Translations under genes and position numbers: made by a program
Shown: piece after piece, positions 36,690-48,789 of the stretch
Position numbering within the stretch: the stretch's first letter is position 1
Layout of the letters: every line of letters starts with the position of its first letter
Notes under the pieces: model-generated
Seen by the model: only the letters and a program-made list of their open reading frames with translations
What the model was told of the DNA's origin: nothing
Database searches by the model: none
NCBI GenBank assembly: GCA_030704615.1
Contig: CM060733.1
Span: 61,752,001-61,816,000 of the forward strand
Length of the DNA: 64,000 nucleotides
Reading direction: 5' to 3'
From: Takakia lepidozioides
Taxonomy: Eukaryota > Plantae > Bryophyta

Positions 36690-37515
36690 GTGAAATATGG
36701 TGAAGAAGGTACCTTCACCCCTTTCCTATCATTTGCTTTCAGATCTCTAAAGCCCCATCCCGCGCTCCTGCTCTGCACACCCTGCAAGCATCGCATTCCA
36801 CGACACCACATCTCGTTCAGCCATACTCCCTTGGCATCCTCAATGCTCCCACATTTAGCATACATGGCCACCAGAGCAATGTTCAGGATGACATCTCGTC
36901 CTCTGCACAATCAGGTGCGCAATCCTGCTGTTTCTCTGGCCGTGAATGACTAGAGAGACATAAAAAGAGTTCAGAAACACGGCCACCATGTCACCATGGA
37001 CCTGCCAGGCAAGATCCACTCAACCAGCTAACTTGCATAATTCAACATGAAACAGGGTGAAATGTGTTGAACAAGGTACTTTGATTAGCAGTGTCTGATT
37101 TTATCAATTGTGCCGCTGCTTCTGTAGCTTCCAGTTGACCATCTACCCATGCAAGATCTATGACGGACCTCTGTGCCCTTTCCCAGAGCTGCCAGGCTCG
37201 CATTGGGCATACATGTCCACCTGGGCATAGTTCAAATGACATCTGGTACAATTCCAGCTTTGACATTGACACCATGGATCTGCTCCATTTTCCAGGGTGC
37301 CAGGCTCGCATTTGGGATAGATGTCCACCAGAGCAGAGTTCAGAATGACATATGATACATTTCAGCTTTGACAATATCATCGTGGACCTGTCCGTCCATT
37401 CCATAGCTATCATACTCACATTTGGCTTACATGTCACCAAGGCAGTGTTCAAAATCAGATTTGGTGTACAGTTCCAGCTTTGACAATGTCATCATGGACC
37501 TCTACACCCTTTTCC
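36690..37515 (-). pseudogene. PLS PPR pseudogene relics
   Basis: 36700-36900 reads DVILNIALVAMYAKCGSIEDAK / MAERDVVSWNAMLAGCAEQ with a frameshift. 37160-37515 holds tandem degenerate L/S motif pieces (EKG..VHDDIVKAG..LNTALV.MYAKC). Confidence 0.7.
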
Positions 37516-38481
37516 TAGCAATCTTGCATAAGCCATTATCTTAGCAAATCAGAGAGTCAAGTTCTGAAACGAAACTCACAGCTACTAGGACTGTTGTGAC
37601 CGCTATCCATAACGACCAAAATTATGCCCCAAAATTCCCCTAAAAAAACGAAGATCACGGTTTTCAGGAGACTGAAATTGGAGTACAGTAGAAGTTTTGG
37701 GCTTGGATTTTTGTTATAATCTTCCTAATCACAGGGTCAAATCACCTGAAATTTTTACAGCAGGTGCATGAAGTAGGTAAGGTGTCTTTCATACGGTTCA
37801 TCCCCGTGGATGTTTGTCAAATGAGAAATATACCCTCATCCATGAGGGTATGTTCCGTTTTGAAAGGGCTCGTCCCTCCAGTGTAACCTGTGTGACCATG
37901 GATGCTTTGTTAGACTCCGGCGTGATATGGTGTGGGTGCTGGTCAACGGCGCGTGCCCAAGCAGACGTGAGCCAGGACGATGCTAGCAAATGCACTGCCT
38001 CACTTTCTTGCACGCTCGGTCTCCACAGTGTAGAGGCAAGCGATGGCCAAGTTACATGCTTTTAAAGGAACGGGTGTTCTAGTCCTGGCTGGAGACGCTC
38101 GTGCCCCATCGTTTCTATTCAGGATCGAAGCTGGTCGGGAGGGGTCTCTCCCGCCGACAGGCAGAGAGATGGTGGCAGCGTGCTGCGGCGCTCGCCAGAG
38201 CTCGGACAGAACGCCCTCTCCTCTTCTATACCTAGACTTACGAGAGGACTCACATTATGCAGCAAATTAAGGGAACAACTCAAAGTGCCATCAATCTTGG
38301 CACCGTTTCGGAGATGCTTGCAAGTGGTAGCCATGAGACCTCTCAACTTTCCGAAAGAAGGTATAGGCATGAAACTTTCTGCAAACTGGTCGGGGTCTCA
38401 AATACCAGCATAATGGCATTCATTTTGGTCTAATTAGTTCATAGTATTCAGGTTTCTTCAGTTGATTGCAAGAGGGAGAGA

Positions 38482-38836
38482 GCGAGCGAGTGCGCGTACT
38501 CATAAGACGTTGTTTGCCGTAGCCTTGTGGCCATAGACCCCGCGCCCAGTTTGGCGGAACAAAATGGAACGGACACTAATTTTTTTGTGAGGGGCTCACC
38601 TTGATAAAGACAATATCCTCTCGAAAGCCCTTCACACAAGCATCAACCTGCTGTGTGTGAGATGCCCAGCAATTAGACTCAACAGGGCTTTAGGCTCAGC
38701 CTCAAGATTTTCAAGTTGGTGAATAGAGGTGCGGGAACAATGTTCTTGATGTTCCTGAAGAGGGTCAATCTCTGGTGAGAATATCCCGGACAACGTATGA
38801 GAAAATGGATATTGTATTCAGGCTGTCAGATGTCGG
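38482..38836 (-). mobile_element. 5'-truncated LINE family A copy
   Basis: GTACTCATAAGACGTTGTTTGCCGTAGCC at 38496 plus the degenerate zinc-knuckle region. Candidate TSD GCAAGAG(G/A)GAGAGA at 38468-38481 and 38837-38850. Confidence 0.8.
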
Positions 38837-38858
38837 GCAAGAGAGAGAGAAAAAAAAA

Positions 38859-39359
38859 ATGTACTTATAAGACGTTGTTTGCCGTAGCCTTGTGGCCATT
38901 GACCCCGTCCTCAGTTTGAGGGGAACACAAAGGGACAGAAACTATCTTTGTCAGGGGCTGACGGGCGGTAAGTATGACTTACCTTGGAACAGACAATTAA
39001 TCCGAGTTTTCCAGATATCCTCTAGAGATCCCTTCAAACAAGCATCAATCTGTTGTGTGTGGTTTGCCCAAAAACTAGGCCCCAAAAGGGCCTGGGCTTT
39101 TGGCTCAGCCTCGAGGCTTTTGAAGTCGGTAAACAGAGGTTCAGGCACAATTCCCTTGATGGATTTGAAGAGGGCGTCTCTCTCGTGAGAGTACCCAGGA
39201 CAATGAATCAGAAAATGAATATTGTCTTCAGGTTGCCCACACAACGGGCAATTGCAATCCCTTCCCCTCTCTGCATCTGTCCGCTGTTCAAGGGTAGGCT
39301 TCCCGCCTTGACTTTAAATTTCAGTCTAGTGCCGAGGGTGGGTAAACCCTTGAGGTCAT
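38859..39359 (-). mobile_element. 5'-truncated LINE family A copy
   Basis: [14 protein letters not shown]...[16 protein letters not shown]; same 3' terminus at 38860. Confidence 0.88.
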
Positions 39360-39978
39360 GTGGCCATGAGCTCATGTTAGTAACCACCCATTCCCAAAAG
39401 GAAGGTGTCACTAGAGCCAAAGTACTCAAGCAAGGGGACACATAGAGGTCTTTGGTTAACAGAAGTATACATAGAATCAGAGTAGAGCTTAATCAAGTCC
39501 ATGTAAGTAAGCATGACAATAAGCACTTATTCCTAAAGAGGAAGACCAAGTACTCAAGCAAGGACCCATATAGAAGCCCTTGGTTTTGCACAAGTGTTCC
39601 TAGACTCAGAGTAGAGCTTAGTCAAGTCCATGTAACTTCCTCATAGTGTCAACTCTCTTTGTGTTGCCATACTAAGCAGTCCATCACAGTGTTGAAGGAG
39701 TCTGAATGGATACCTTGCTTGTAGCCATAGTGTAGTCAGCTCCTTCAGCTCTTGCCTGCTCCTCTTCCAAATGAGAAGAGAGGCCAAGCTTACGAACCAT
39801 ATAGGGCAGCAGCTTTAGGTTAAGACCTCTAGGGTGAATCCTAATGAGTTACCCTCATGGGTCACCCTAGTGAGTTATCCCGTTATCCAATTTCCCGTTC
39901 CGTTCTAGACAAAAAAATCTGAACAGAGTAACGGGATCAGGCAATTCTTGAATACTGTAAAGACCTTAGCAACATTCA

Positions 39979-40031
<53 letters not shown>

Positions 40032-40335
40032 GGTTTGTCTTGTCAAGACAGGATACTGACAATACAGCCTTGCAAAGCAAGGCACCATCACAAGATTTCC
40101 AGTAAACATACTTTCCTCCTTATGGCAGTCGGGTCTGCACTTTTTCAAAATTTCAGTCCCGTACTAAGTTAGACTCTGCTTTTTTTTAAAACAAGCCACA
40201 GTTCAACTTTCAAAGAGTGTATGTAGTGACTGCTTTACAAAGTTTAGAAATCAGAAAACTATGTCCAGTTTCCTATTCAACAACTTCCAGATCCAATAGT
40301 AGCATTCTGCTGCACATTGGTATGAAATAAAAATA

Positions 40336-43300
40336 TTGTACTCATAAGACGTTGTTTGCCGTAGCCTTGTGGCCATTGACCCCGCGCCCAGTTTGAGCGG
40401 GAACAAAAGGGACAGAACCTACCTCTGTCAGGGGCTGACGTTGGTAGTAAGACTTACCTCCATATAAAGAATTAATCCGGGTTTTCCAGATATCCTCTAG
40501 AAATCCCTTCACACAAGCATCAATCTGCTGTGTGTGATTTGCCCAAAAACTAGGCCTCAGGAGGGCCTGGGCTTTTGGCTCAGCCTCGAGACTTTCAAAG
40601 TTGGTAAACAGGGGTACAGGCACAATTCCCTTAATAGATTTGAAGAGAGCGTCTCTTTGGTAAGAGAACCCCGGACAGTGTATCAGAAAATGAATACTGT
40701 CTTCAGATTGCCCACACAACGGGCAATTGCACTCTCCCTTTCCTCTCTGCTTCTGTTTGCTGTTCAAAGGTAGGCTTCCTGCCCTGAGTTTAAATTTCAG
40801 TTAGTGCCGAGAGTGGGTAGACCCTTGAGGTCATCCAAGATGTCCTCCCCCATTTCACAGACTGGAAACAAGTTCAGGGAAGTTTTCTGCCTAACTTCAT
40901 TTTCATCAGACAATCTCATGGCAACAGACATGGCTGAGGACATTACAGCCTCTAAGTCAGATTTATCCAGCAGGGTCAAGACTTGCGGATCCAGGTCCAG
41001 GTCCTTGAGGATCTCTTCTACTCTCTTCTGCCAGGACTTAGCCTGTTTGACAGGGCGGTCCTGTTTCCAAGATATAGAGTCGATTAACTTAGGATATCTG
41101 GTGTTGGGCATATGTTGCAGCTGACCCCACCATGTGACCTTGAATACATCTCGTCGGGAGCTTAAGGACGGAACGCCAAACTCACCCCGAACAGCCACAT
41201 TGGCTGTTTTGGAGCATGCTGACATACACTCCTTAAGCACCCCCACTTGAATGGATTCTAGAGACTTAGCCTGGTTGGAGTTATCAACCCATATGGCAGA
41301 TCCGTACTCCAAGGCAGGTCTAATAACGCGACAAAGCATGGTTTTCTTAACCTCAGAGTTGACCCCTCTGCAGTGGAAAAATTTAGTGAGCCCCAGAGCT
41401 TTGCCCTTGCCAGTTTGAACAACTTTCCGGATGTGCATCCCAATTACAATTGGAGGAGAACTCAACGCCCAGGTAAGTGTAGGAAGGGAGGACCGGGATC
41501 TCTTGGCTACCCCACTGCCACTTAAGATCACTTCCTCCCTCTCCTCTGTCGTTGAATGCTACCACTGCACATTTGCTGACATTAGCCTCTAGCCCCCAAA
41601 GATCAAAGTATCTCTTCGCGCAATCAATCAACTCCTGGAGATTAGTTGGAGTCTCCCCTATGCCTGCGAAGTCATCCGCAAACATAAGGGCTGGTATGGT
41701 GGTATCACCCACCCTTAACCCAAATCCCTCACTTTCCACATCCTCGAGGAGTTGATTGATGAAAACATTGAAGAGCAGAGGGGAGAGAGTACATCCTTGA
41801 GCTACACCTTGGTCTATGTCAAAGAAGTTGGACTTCTGTCCGTTAACAGTGACAGCTTTTGGTGTGAGCATACAAGTTGTGGACAACTCTCCACATCTTT
41901 CCCTTGATCCCACAAGACCAGAGGCAGAACCATAGGCCATCTCTCCACACTGTCATAAGCCTTTTTGACATCCAGGAAAAAGACATAAGTGGGTTTCCCC
42001 TCTTTTTTCCTTCCCTCCATAATCTGGCTTAGAGTGAAGATATGATCCACATAGCCCCTGTTTTGACGAAAGCCAGCTTGGCCTTCGTGGAAACAACCTC
42101 TAGATTCCAGATCAACCTCGAGACGAGTACTTATAACTCTGCAGAATGTCTTGCCAACAGCATTGAGGAGCGTGATGCCTGGGTAGTTCCCCGGTTCTTC
42201 TCTGTCACCCTTCTTGTATAGATTGACAATGACCCCCTGTCGCCAGCGAAAGGGGATCATTTCAGTCTTCCAGATAAGGTTAAAGAGGAGAACTAGGGCC
42301 TCTATCATGGGATCGCCACCGTGCTTGATAAGCTTGTTGACAATACCATCAGGTCCACCAGCTTTATAATTTACATGTTCAATTGCTTCCACAATCTCAG
42401 AAGAACTAATGGGAGCATTATAAGCCATTGAAATATACTCCAGTTCATCAGGGCTGTTTTGAATCATAGGAACAGTTTTTCCAACTGTGTCCCTCCATTC
42501 AGCAGAAGACCCCTCACTGTTAGACCTAGAAGTTCTGCCAAGGATACTGTAGTGAGTTTCAAAGGTTTTGACAATGTCAACCGATGAAGTCACCACTGCA
42601 CCTTTAGTAGTCTTCAGCGCTTGTACTTGCTGACCGTTTTTCGGCTTGTACAAACGTTGAAGGGCCAACCAGAATTTCTTGTCATTACCACCATGGTGGT
42701 TTGAGTTGATTTCACTGTATAACTTGTCAGTATAATTTCTTCTGAGACCTAACAAGCTGATTGATATCTTTACGGAGCTGGTAGTACCTCGCCCACAATT
42801 CTCTGTTGGTTTCCAAATTGCAGCACTCTTTATAGAGGGCTCGTCTCTCAGCTATCTTGAGTTTAATCTCGTTAGTCCACCAATTAACTGCTCCACCGCA
42901 GACAATTAGTTTCCTCCCAATGATCTTGTCAGCCACGGAGGAAACGAAACTCTCCCAAGAGTCCACTGCTCTTTCGACTTCATTTCTTGCGTTAACAGAG
43001 CGTGACTGAAGTTCTTGGAGCGATTGGACAGAATGAGGGAGAGCCTCTTGCAAGGCCTGGACGTACTCAGCCTTGACCTCCTCATTGTGGAATTTTTCTA
43101 TGCGCCACTTCCGAATTGAACATTTCACAGATCTCTTGGTGGTGGGAAAACACCTTTTGATCTCAGTCCAAACCAGGAACCAATATCAGTTCTGTCGATC
43201 AACACATTGGCACACTGGGGGAACAAAATTTTGTCCATTATGATATAGTCCACAATGGAACGTTCCCCAGTTTGGGGTTTCTCACGAGTCCACTGCATTT

Positions 43301-45168
43301 GGTCACCTCTTGTCCTGTTATTCAAGGTCAAAAGCTGAAGCTCTTCTAGACAGTTAATTAACCGTCTGCCATTAGAATTCAGCTTGTCCTCACCAAAAGG
43401 TCCAATGATATCGTCCTGATGGATCCCTTTGCCCACCCGGGCATTGAAGTCCCCCAATAGTACCACCTGACCTTTGGCAAGGAACGAAGCACAGTCCAGC
43501 TTTACATCTTCGAAGGCCTTGTCTGCGTCAGCACTAAGGGTCCCCTCTGTGGGCATGTAAACACAACCAACAAAGAGGTCCTTTGTACTCATGCCGCCCT
43601 TCAAATTCAGTTTTAGCCAGATACTATGCTCGTACCTCAAACCCTTGTTGATAATTTCACAATTGTCAAACAAGAAATCACGGACAAAGAATCCGACCCC
43701 TTTTTGACCGCGTTTGGCAGAGGCTGCCTTGAGAGTACACATCTTACCTGCCCATTTATAACCAATGACATCTCCAACCAGTTTATCCGACGTTTCCCAT
43801 GTTTCTTGCCCAGCACAGATATGAATATCATTAGTCGGAAGAACTTGTCCCACTTCAAGTTGTTTCCTTTGGTTGGTCAACCCTGAGAAGTTGAAAGTGG
43901 CCAGCCGCAAGCCAGCCCTTTGCGTGTGAATTGTTTGTCGTCTAGGTAGCTTGTGCTGAAAGATTTGGTACCCTGAATGGTTTACCAATTCTCAAAGTTT
44001 ACACAAGACGAGCAAAATCTACACATGGGGTAACTGTCCCCCCTTTGCAGAACGGTTGGCCGTCCAGGAGCGGCTCCGCACACATAGGGGCAGATTGTCC
44101 GTCAGACTGCTTGGGGACAATTACCCCGTGTATAGATTTTGCTCGTCTTGTGTAGACTTTGAGGATTGGTAAACCATTTAGAGTACCAAATCCTTCAGTT
44201 ACACGACGTTCAGGCTCTGCACACTTAGGGACAGATTGTCCATCTGACGGCTTGGGGACAATTACCCCGTGTATAGAATTTGTTCGTCTTGTGTAAACCT
44301 TGAGGATTGGTAAACCATTCAGGGTACCAAATCCTTCAGATTCAGGACGTTCAGGTTCCGTACACTTAGGGGCATCTTGTCCTTCTGGCTGTTTGGATTC
44401 AACCTCATCCAGAGCATCAAACCGATTAGAAACTCTCAAGTTGAAGTTGTTGCCCTTGGTTGTCTTCCTAGAGCGCCCCATTGAATCACCAATGTCTAAG
44501 ACCGCTCTCCAGCCAGTCAAGGGACGAACTTCTTTGAGATTGAATTGATGCGGGACTCTATTAGAAGCACTTTTGGTCATTGCAACCTTCAACGTACCCC
44601 TGTTATCAAGTCTCGAGATGGTACCATTAGCCATGAAATCCAAGCCTAAGCTAGAGCATGTAGTTTAAAAGGACACATCGTCCATCCTGGGATTCACCCC
44701 AAAAACTACACATGAAGCCCTAGATTTGGCATAAGTAACCAATTCCCAGGGATCACCCTGAGGAGTGTTGATGTTGATAGGAGCTAAATTTTTGATTGTT
44801 TTCGCAGGCCATAAGTTTAAGCACAGGAACCAACCCGAGCCCAAGTGCCGAGTATGCTAGACAGAGCATACGACTGCCCAATTTGGGCGGAGGGGCTGCC
44901 CCCAAGCAGTAGGAGTCCGCTTGTTACCATTCAGAGATCACACTCCAGGGAGTTGCAGGGAATGGCCCGTGTAGGCATATTCTAAAGAGGGAAAGGCCCC
45001 AAGCTTTCCAACTAAATCCAATGCACTACCGTACCTGAAGCAAAGCGCTTCAGGTCGAAACAAACAAGGACACGAGGTCACAAGGCCGGCATTTAGTCAC
45101 AGAGACATTAATGTTCTCCCGTTTCAAGTCCACCCAATGTCAATAGGCTTCCTAGAGGACAGGGAGAA
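40336..45168 (-). mobile_element. Full-length LINE family A (ORF1 plus APE-RT-zinc knuckle ORF2, frameshifted)
   Basis: 15-bp TSD TATGAAATAAAAATA at 40321-40335 and 45169-45183. ORF1-like 43999-44643 (SNRFDAL). APE 43125-43988 (TFNFSGL, QETW, LGDFNA, SIVDYI). RT (GPDGI, QAGFR, QGCTLSPLLFN, LMFADD, YLGVEF) split over several ORFs. C-terminal CPLC..HFLIHC. Confidence 0.93.
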
Positions 45169-46279
45169 TATGAAATAAAAATAAAAAGGCCAAAAGTATA
45201 GGAGATAGCCTTCCATTGTGAGTGTCCAAACACAGCTTGTATTTTAACCATAGATTGTTGCAGGTAGACATGCCACCTCTGCTCCAAATGTAAATGCTGA
45301 ATCTGTAAAGCATTTGAGTAGTATTTGAACCAGCTCATAGAGTTAGGAGATACCAGACAGATGGAAACCCTCACCTGCACCCGTCCCAAAAAACACCACA
45401 GACGACAGTGTGTGGGTTAGTGAGGTTGTGCGAGGTGAATAGCAGGTTCCATACGTGCTATAGATGTCGATCTGGTAGTCACAACACAACAGAGCAGTTC
45501 AAAAGAATAGAAGTGTTCATCACTTTGCAGAGCAGGCAGCAACTTGCTTGTCTGTCCCATGTGACCTAAGCCATGTTAGGTTGCAGAGATGGTGAACAGA
45601 GAATATATACTACCTGCACCCCTACAAACAAAGCAAGGGTTCCAGAGTTGTGATACAATCAGAACCATAGCATTCAGGCATATATCAAGGAGATGGTAAA
45701 CCCAAAATATGTTTGAAGTATCTCAGCCTTCAACCCTGTGTTCATCTCCATCACCTTGTAGTTTTGTAGCATCTGTGCAATTGACATCATGCATACCTTG
45801 GAAGAGGATCCAGCAGAATTTAGCCAGTCTGTCTCTTGTCATCTAAACCAGGATAATTTGCAGAAACAGTGCAGCAGATACTCCCTGAGTTTTCATGCAC
45901 CATGCGGAAATTCCAGGGTGGTGATATCTTTCAAGCCATTGTAACAACCTAAAACAGAACAAACTGAACAAGGCTGGGAGGAGAATACTTCCCTGGCACC
46001 GCCCCATGCATATATAGGAAGGTTCTCCCAGAGGAAGTTATGGCTGCATTTGCACCCTGCGTTATGAGGGTTGTCAAACATGCAGGTCAAACAATCTTTT
46101 GTACCAAGGGAGGGAGAGGGTAGCACCTCCATATTCCCAAATGAGAGAAATGATGGAAAAGCTACAAGTTAGCTTTACCAGGAACTTCTCATGGCCGCCC
46201 TTCATAGAAAAGATTGTACAAGATTTGACAGGCTGAACAGAGTGGTAGCATTATTGCCTGTGACTAATTCCATACCAGT

Positions 46280-46790
46280 TTTTGAGAGAACTTCCAAACA
46301 CTCTAAACCATATTAGGTAATAGAGAAAGTAAAGAAGGTTCCCCCTGAACCACTTAAACCAGTGTAGAAACTCCAGGTTAACAATTTACTCCAAGCCTCT
46401 GCAATGAACTATAGCAGATAGTATTGCAAAATATGTCAGGGTATGTAATAGATGTAAACATCTCAGTCTGATATGAGTCTTTTCCTGTCCTTGGAAAAAT
46501 TCCAGATACTCTAGACCAAATTAGGTAGCAAAGAACCCTGAACCACTTTATATATTGCAGAAACTTCAGGGTAGTAGTTTAAACAGAGCCATTGCAATGA
46601 AGTATACCTTTCAAGTTTATGGCATCTGCTCTACCTGCATAATCAACCTTTCCATTCTTTGAAGGAGCTCCAGAAAGTCTGAACCATGCCAGGTAGTATA
46701 GAAAGTAAAGAAGGTACTTCCTGTACCTCTCATAACAGTGTAGAAACTCCAGGGTATCAGTTTACTCTAAACCACTGCAATGAAAACATC
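46280..46790 (+). repeat. Three diverged ~170-210-bp tandem units, possibly an LRR gene relic
   Basis: Recurring ...CCA(G/A)A.A.TCT..ACCA...AGGTA...GTAGAAACTCCAGG...TGCAATGAA. Fragments translate as RELPNTL, GKIPDTL, GAPESL. The coding origin is speculative. Confidence 0.45.
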
Positions 46791-48276
46791 TTTGAGGTAT
46801 CTCAAATTATCTCAAGGTATGTCAAAGGCTTATCCTTTTTTATCACCTTGCAGGTTTGAGGAAGCTGGGCCTGTGACATTGCTCCCTTGCTCTTGAGAAA
46901 ACTCCCAGTTTAGCTCCCGATGTATTGACGAGAAAGCACAAAGAATGAATTCTTAGAGAGACAAAATCCCAGACTGCCTTTGAGAGAACTCCCGACAAAG
47001 GATAGAATAGAAAGTGAGCACACTGAGGGAGGTATTCCCAAAAGAAAATAGGGCTGCATTTGGACTGACATCAGCCAGAGTCATGAAACCTGCCAGTCCT
47101 GCCACTTAGAGCAATTATGGGGGGGAGAAGGTGGTTTCTCCATATCCCTCATCATCAAAGTAAAACCAGTGATGTTGGTTTTACCAAGAATAACTCAAGG
47201 TTGCCCTTACTTTACTGTGTGTTGAGCAGTAGGCTCTGTAAATTCACTGGACGTTAAAGTAACTTTATCTTTATCTTTAATAATGATAGCATCCCACTTG
47301 TCATGCTAAGAAATATAGAAATGGAGAGTACTTCCCTTGTGAAGCCACTCTAGATATGTACCAAGTGAATCCCTGGCATTGCTCCATGTATACTGAGGAA
47401 AGCGCTCCCAGAAGAGAATATGATTGCCTTTGGACAGCCCCTCCACAGTAGAATACTCAAAATAAGAGACCAATGGAGTCTTTCACAGAATCTCCCGAGT
47501 CTTTCTCCAGGGTCGTGCAACAGGAAAGCACTCATAACTGGGTAACATTTTCGCTTCACTTTTACCCCAGCCACAGCAAAAAAGAAGAATGCTACCCTGT
47601 GACCGATCTTCACTTGAATTGAATGACTCCTCCGAGTCTATCTCCATGGAGGAGAAACAGAAGAATGCTCGAAGTAAGAAATCCATGGAGTCTTTCACAG
47701 AATCCCTAGAGTCTTTCTCCAGGGTCGTGTAACATTGAAGCACTCATAACTGGGTACGCAGGGAGAAGGTGGCACTTCCTGTCTCTGACATAATTGCATC
47801 TCGGTTAAGCTAGAGTGTCCAAATTCTTGCGCGACACTCATTGTATCAGTACTTACGTGGCTGCCACATCAGGCTGTTACGTCATCTCACCCCTTGTAGT
47901 TCAATTAACCCTAATTAGGGATAGTAAACCATGGACAGTAGGTCCTTCAAAAAAACATTGAGCTTGCCACCTTACTGATATAAACCAGATTTTTACAGGT
48001 GGTAGAGGAGTGTAATAAAAATAATGCCAAGGAATACTAACTTGCGTTTGTAGATGCGTGCCTGTTGTGACATATAGACACCTTCTTTGCCTACGGGCCT
48101 ATTACAGAACCATAGACTGTTAATTGTTTATCCCTGAATAGGGACCCTTAAACAATAGGCCTGCTGATTAGGGATCATTATTAGCCCATAGGCCTGTCAC
48201 CTTATAACCCTGAACAGAAAGTTTACAGGGTGGTAAAGGAACAACAAAAATAAAAAATCAATCTGCCAAGGAATAA

Positions 48277-48307
<31 letters not shown>

Positions 48308-48789
48308 CACCCATGCAAAATAATTCCTAGCAGCGCTTAATAACTTGGTCTTATGTCTTACTGGTATTTGCATGCAGGCCAAGCAATGAACATAGAGTGG
48401 CTTTGGCAGCGGTTCAAGTCAGAGCTGTGTGACAAGGGTGTCAAGAAGGTGACTCTATGTGTATTGTGACCCAATGCTTTTAGCATTCAGATCAGAAGGA
48501 ATGGATGATGTTCTCAGTTGCCCAGGTTAATGGTCGTTGCTCGTCGTTCCTTGAGTAGGAGCTCTTCTTGTGAATCAGTCGGCTCTTAGTTTTGCAACAT
48601 TTTGTTTTGTTGAAAGTTGTTGTCTGGTCTATATGGGCTGTGGGTTGGAGCTATGGCTGCTCAACTGCACACTGGTGGTTTTCACAGATAGGTGCAAGAT
48701 ACTTATGTCATAAGCCCCCAAGGGAGGTCCTTTGTATCAAGAGTTGGTCCAACTCCCACTCCCCTTGGGTGAAAGCAGACCTAGCTGCC

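Noticed and set aside
45110-45168. Hammerhead at the LINE 5' end (GUC ... GAAAC pairing)
   Set aside because: No CUGANGA and no convincing stem II.
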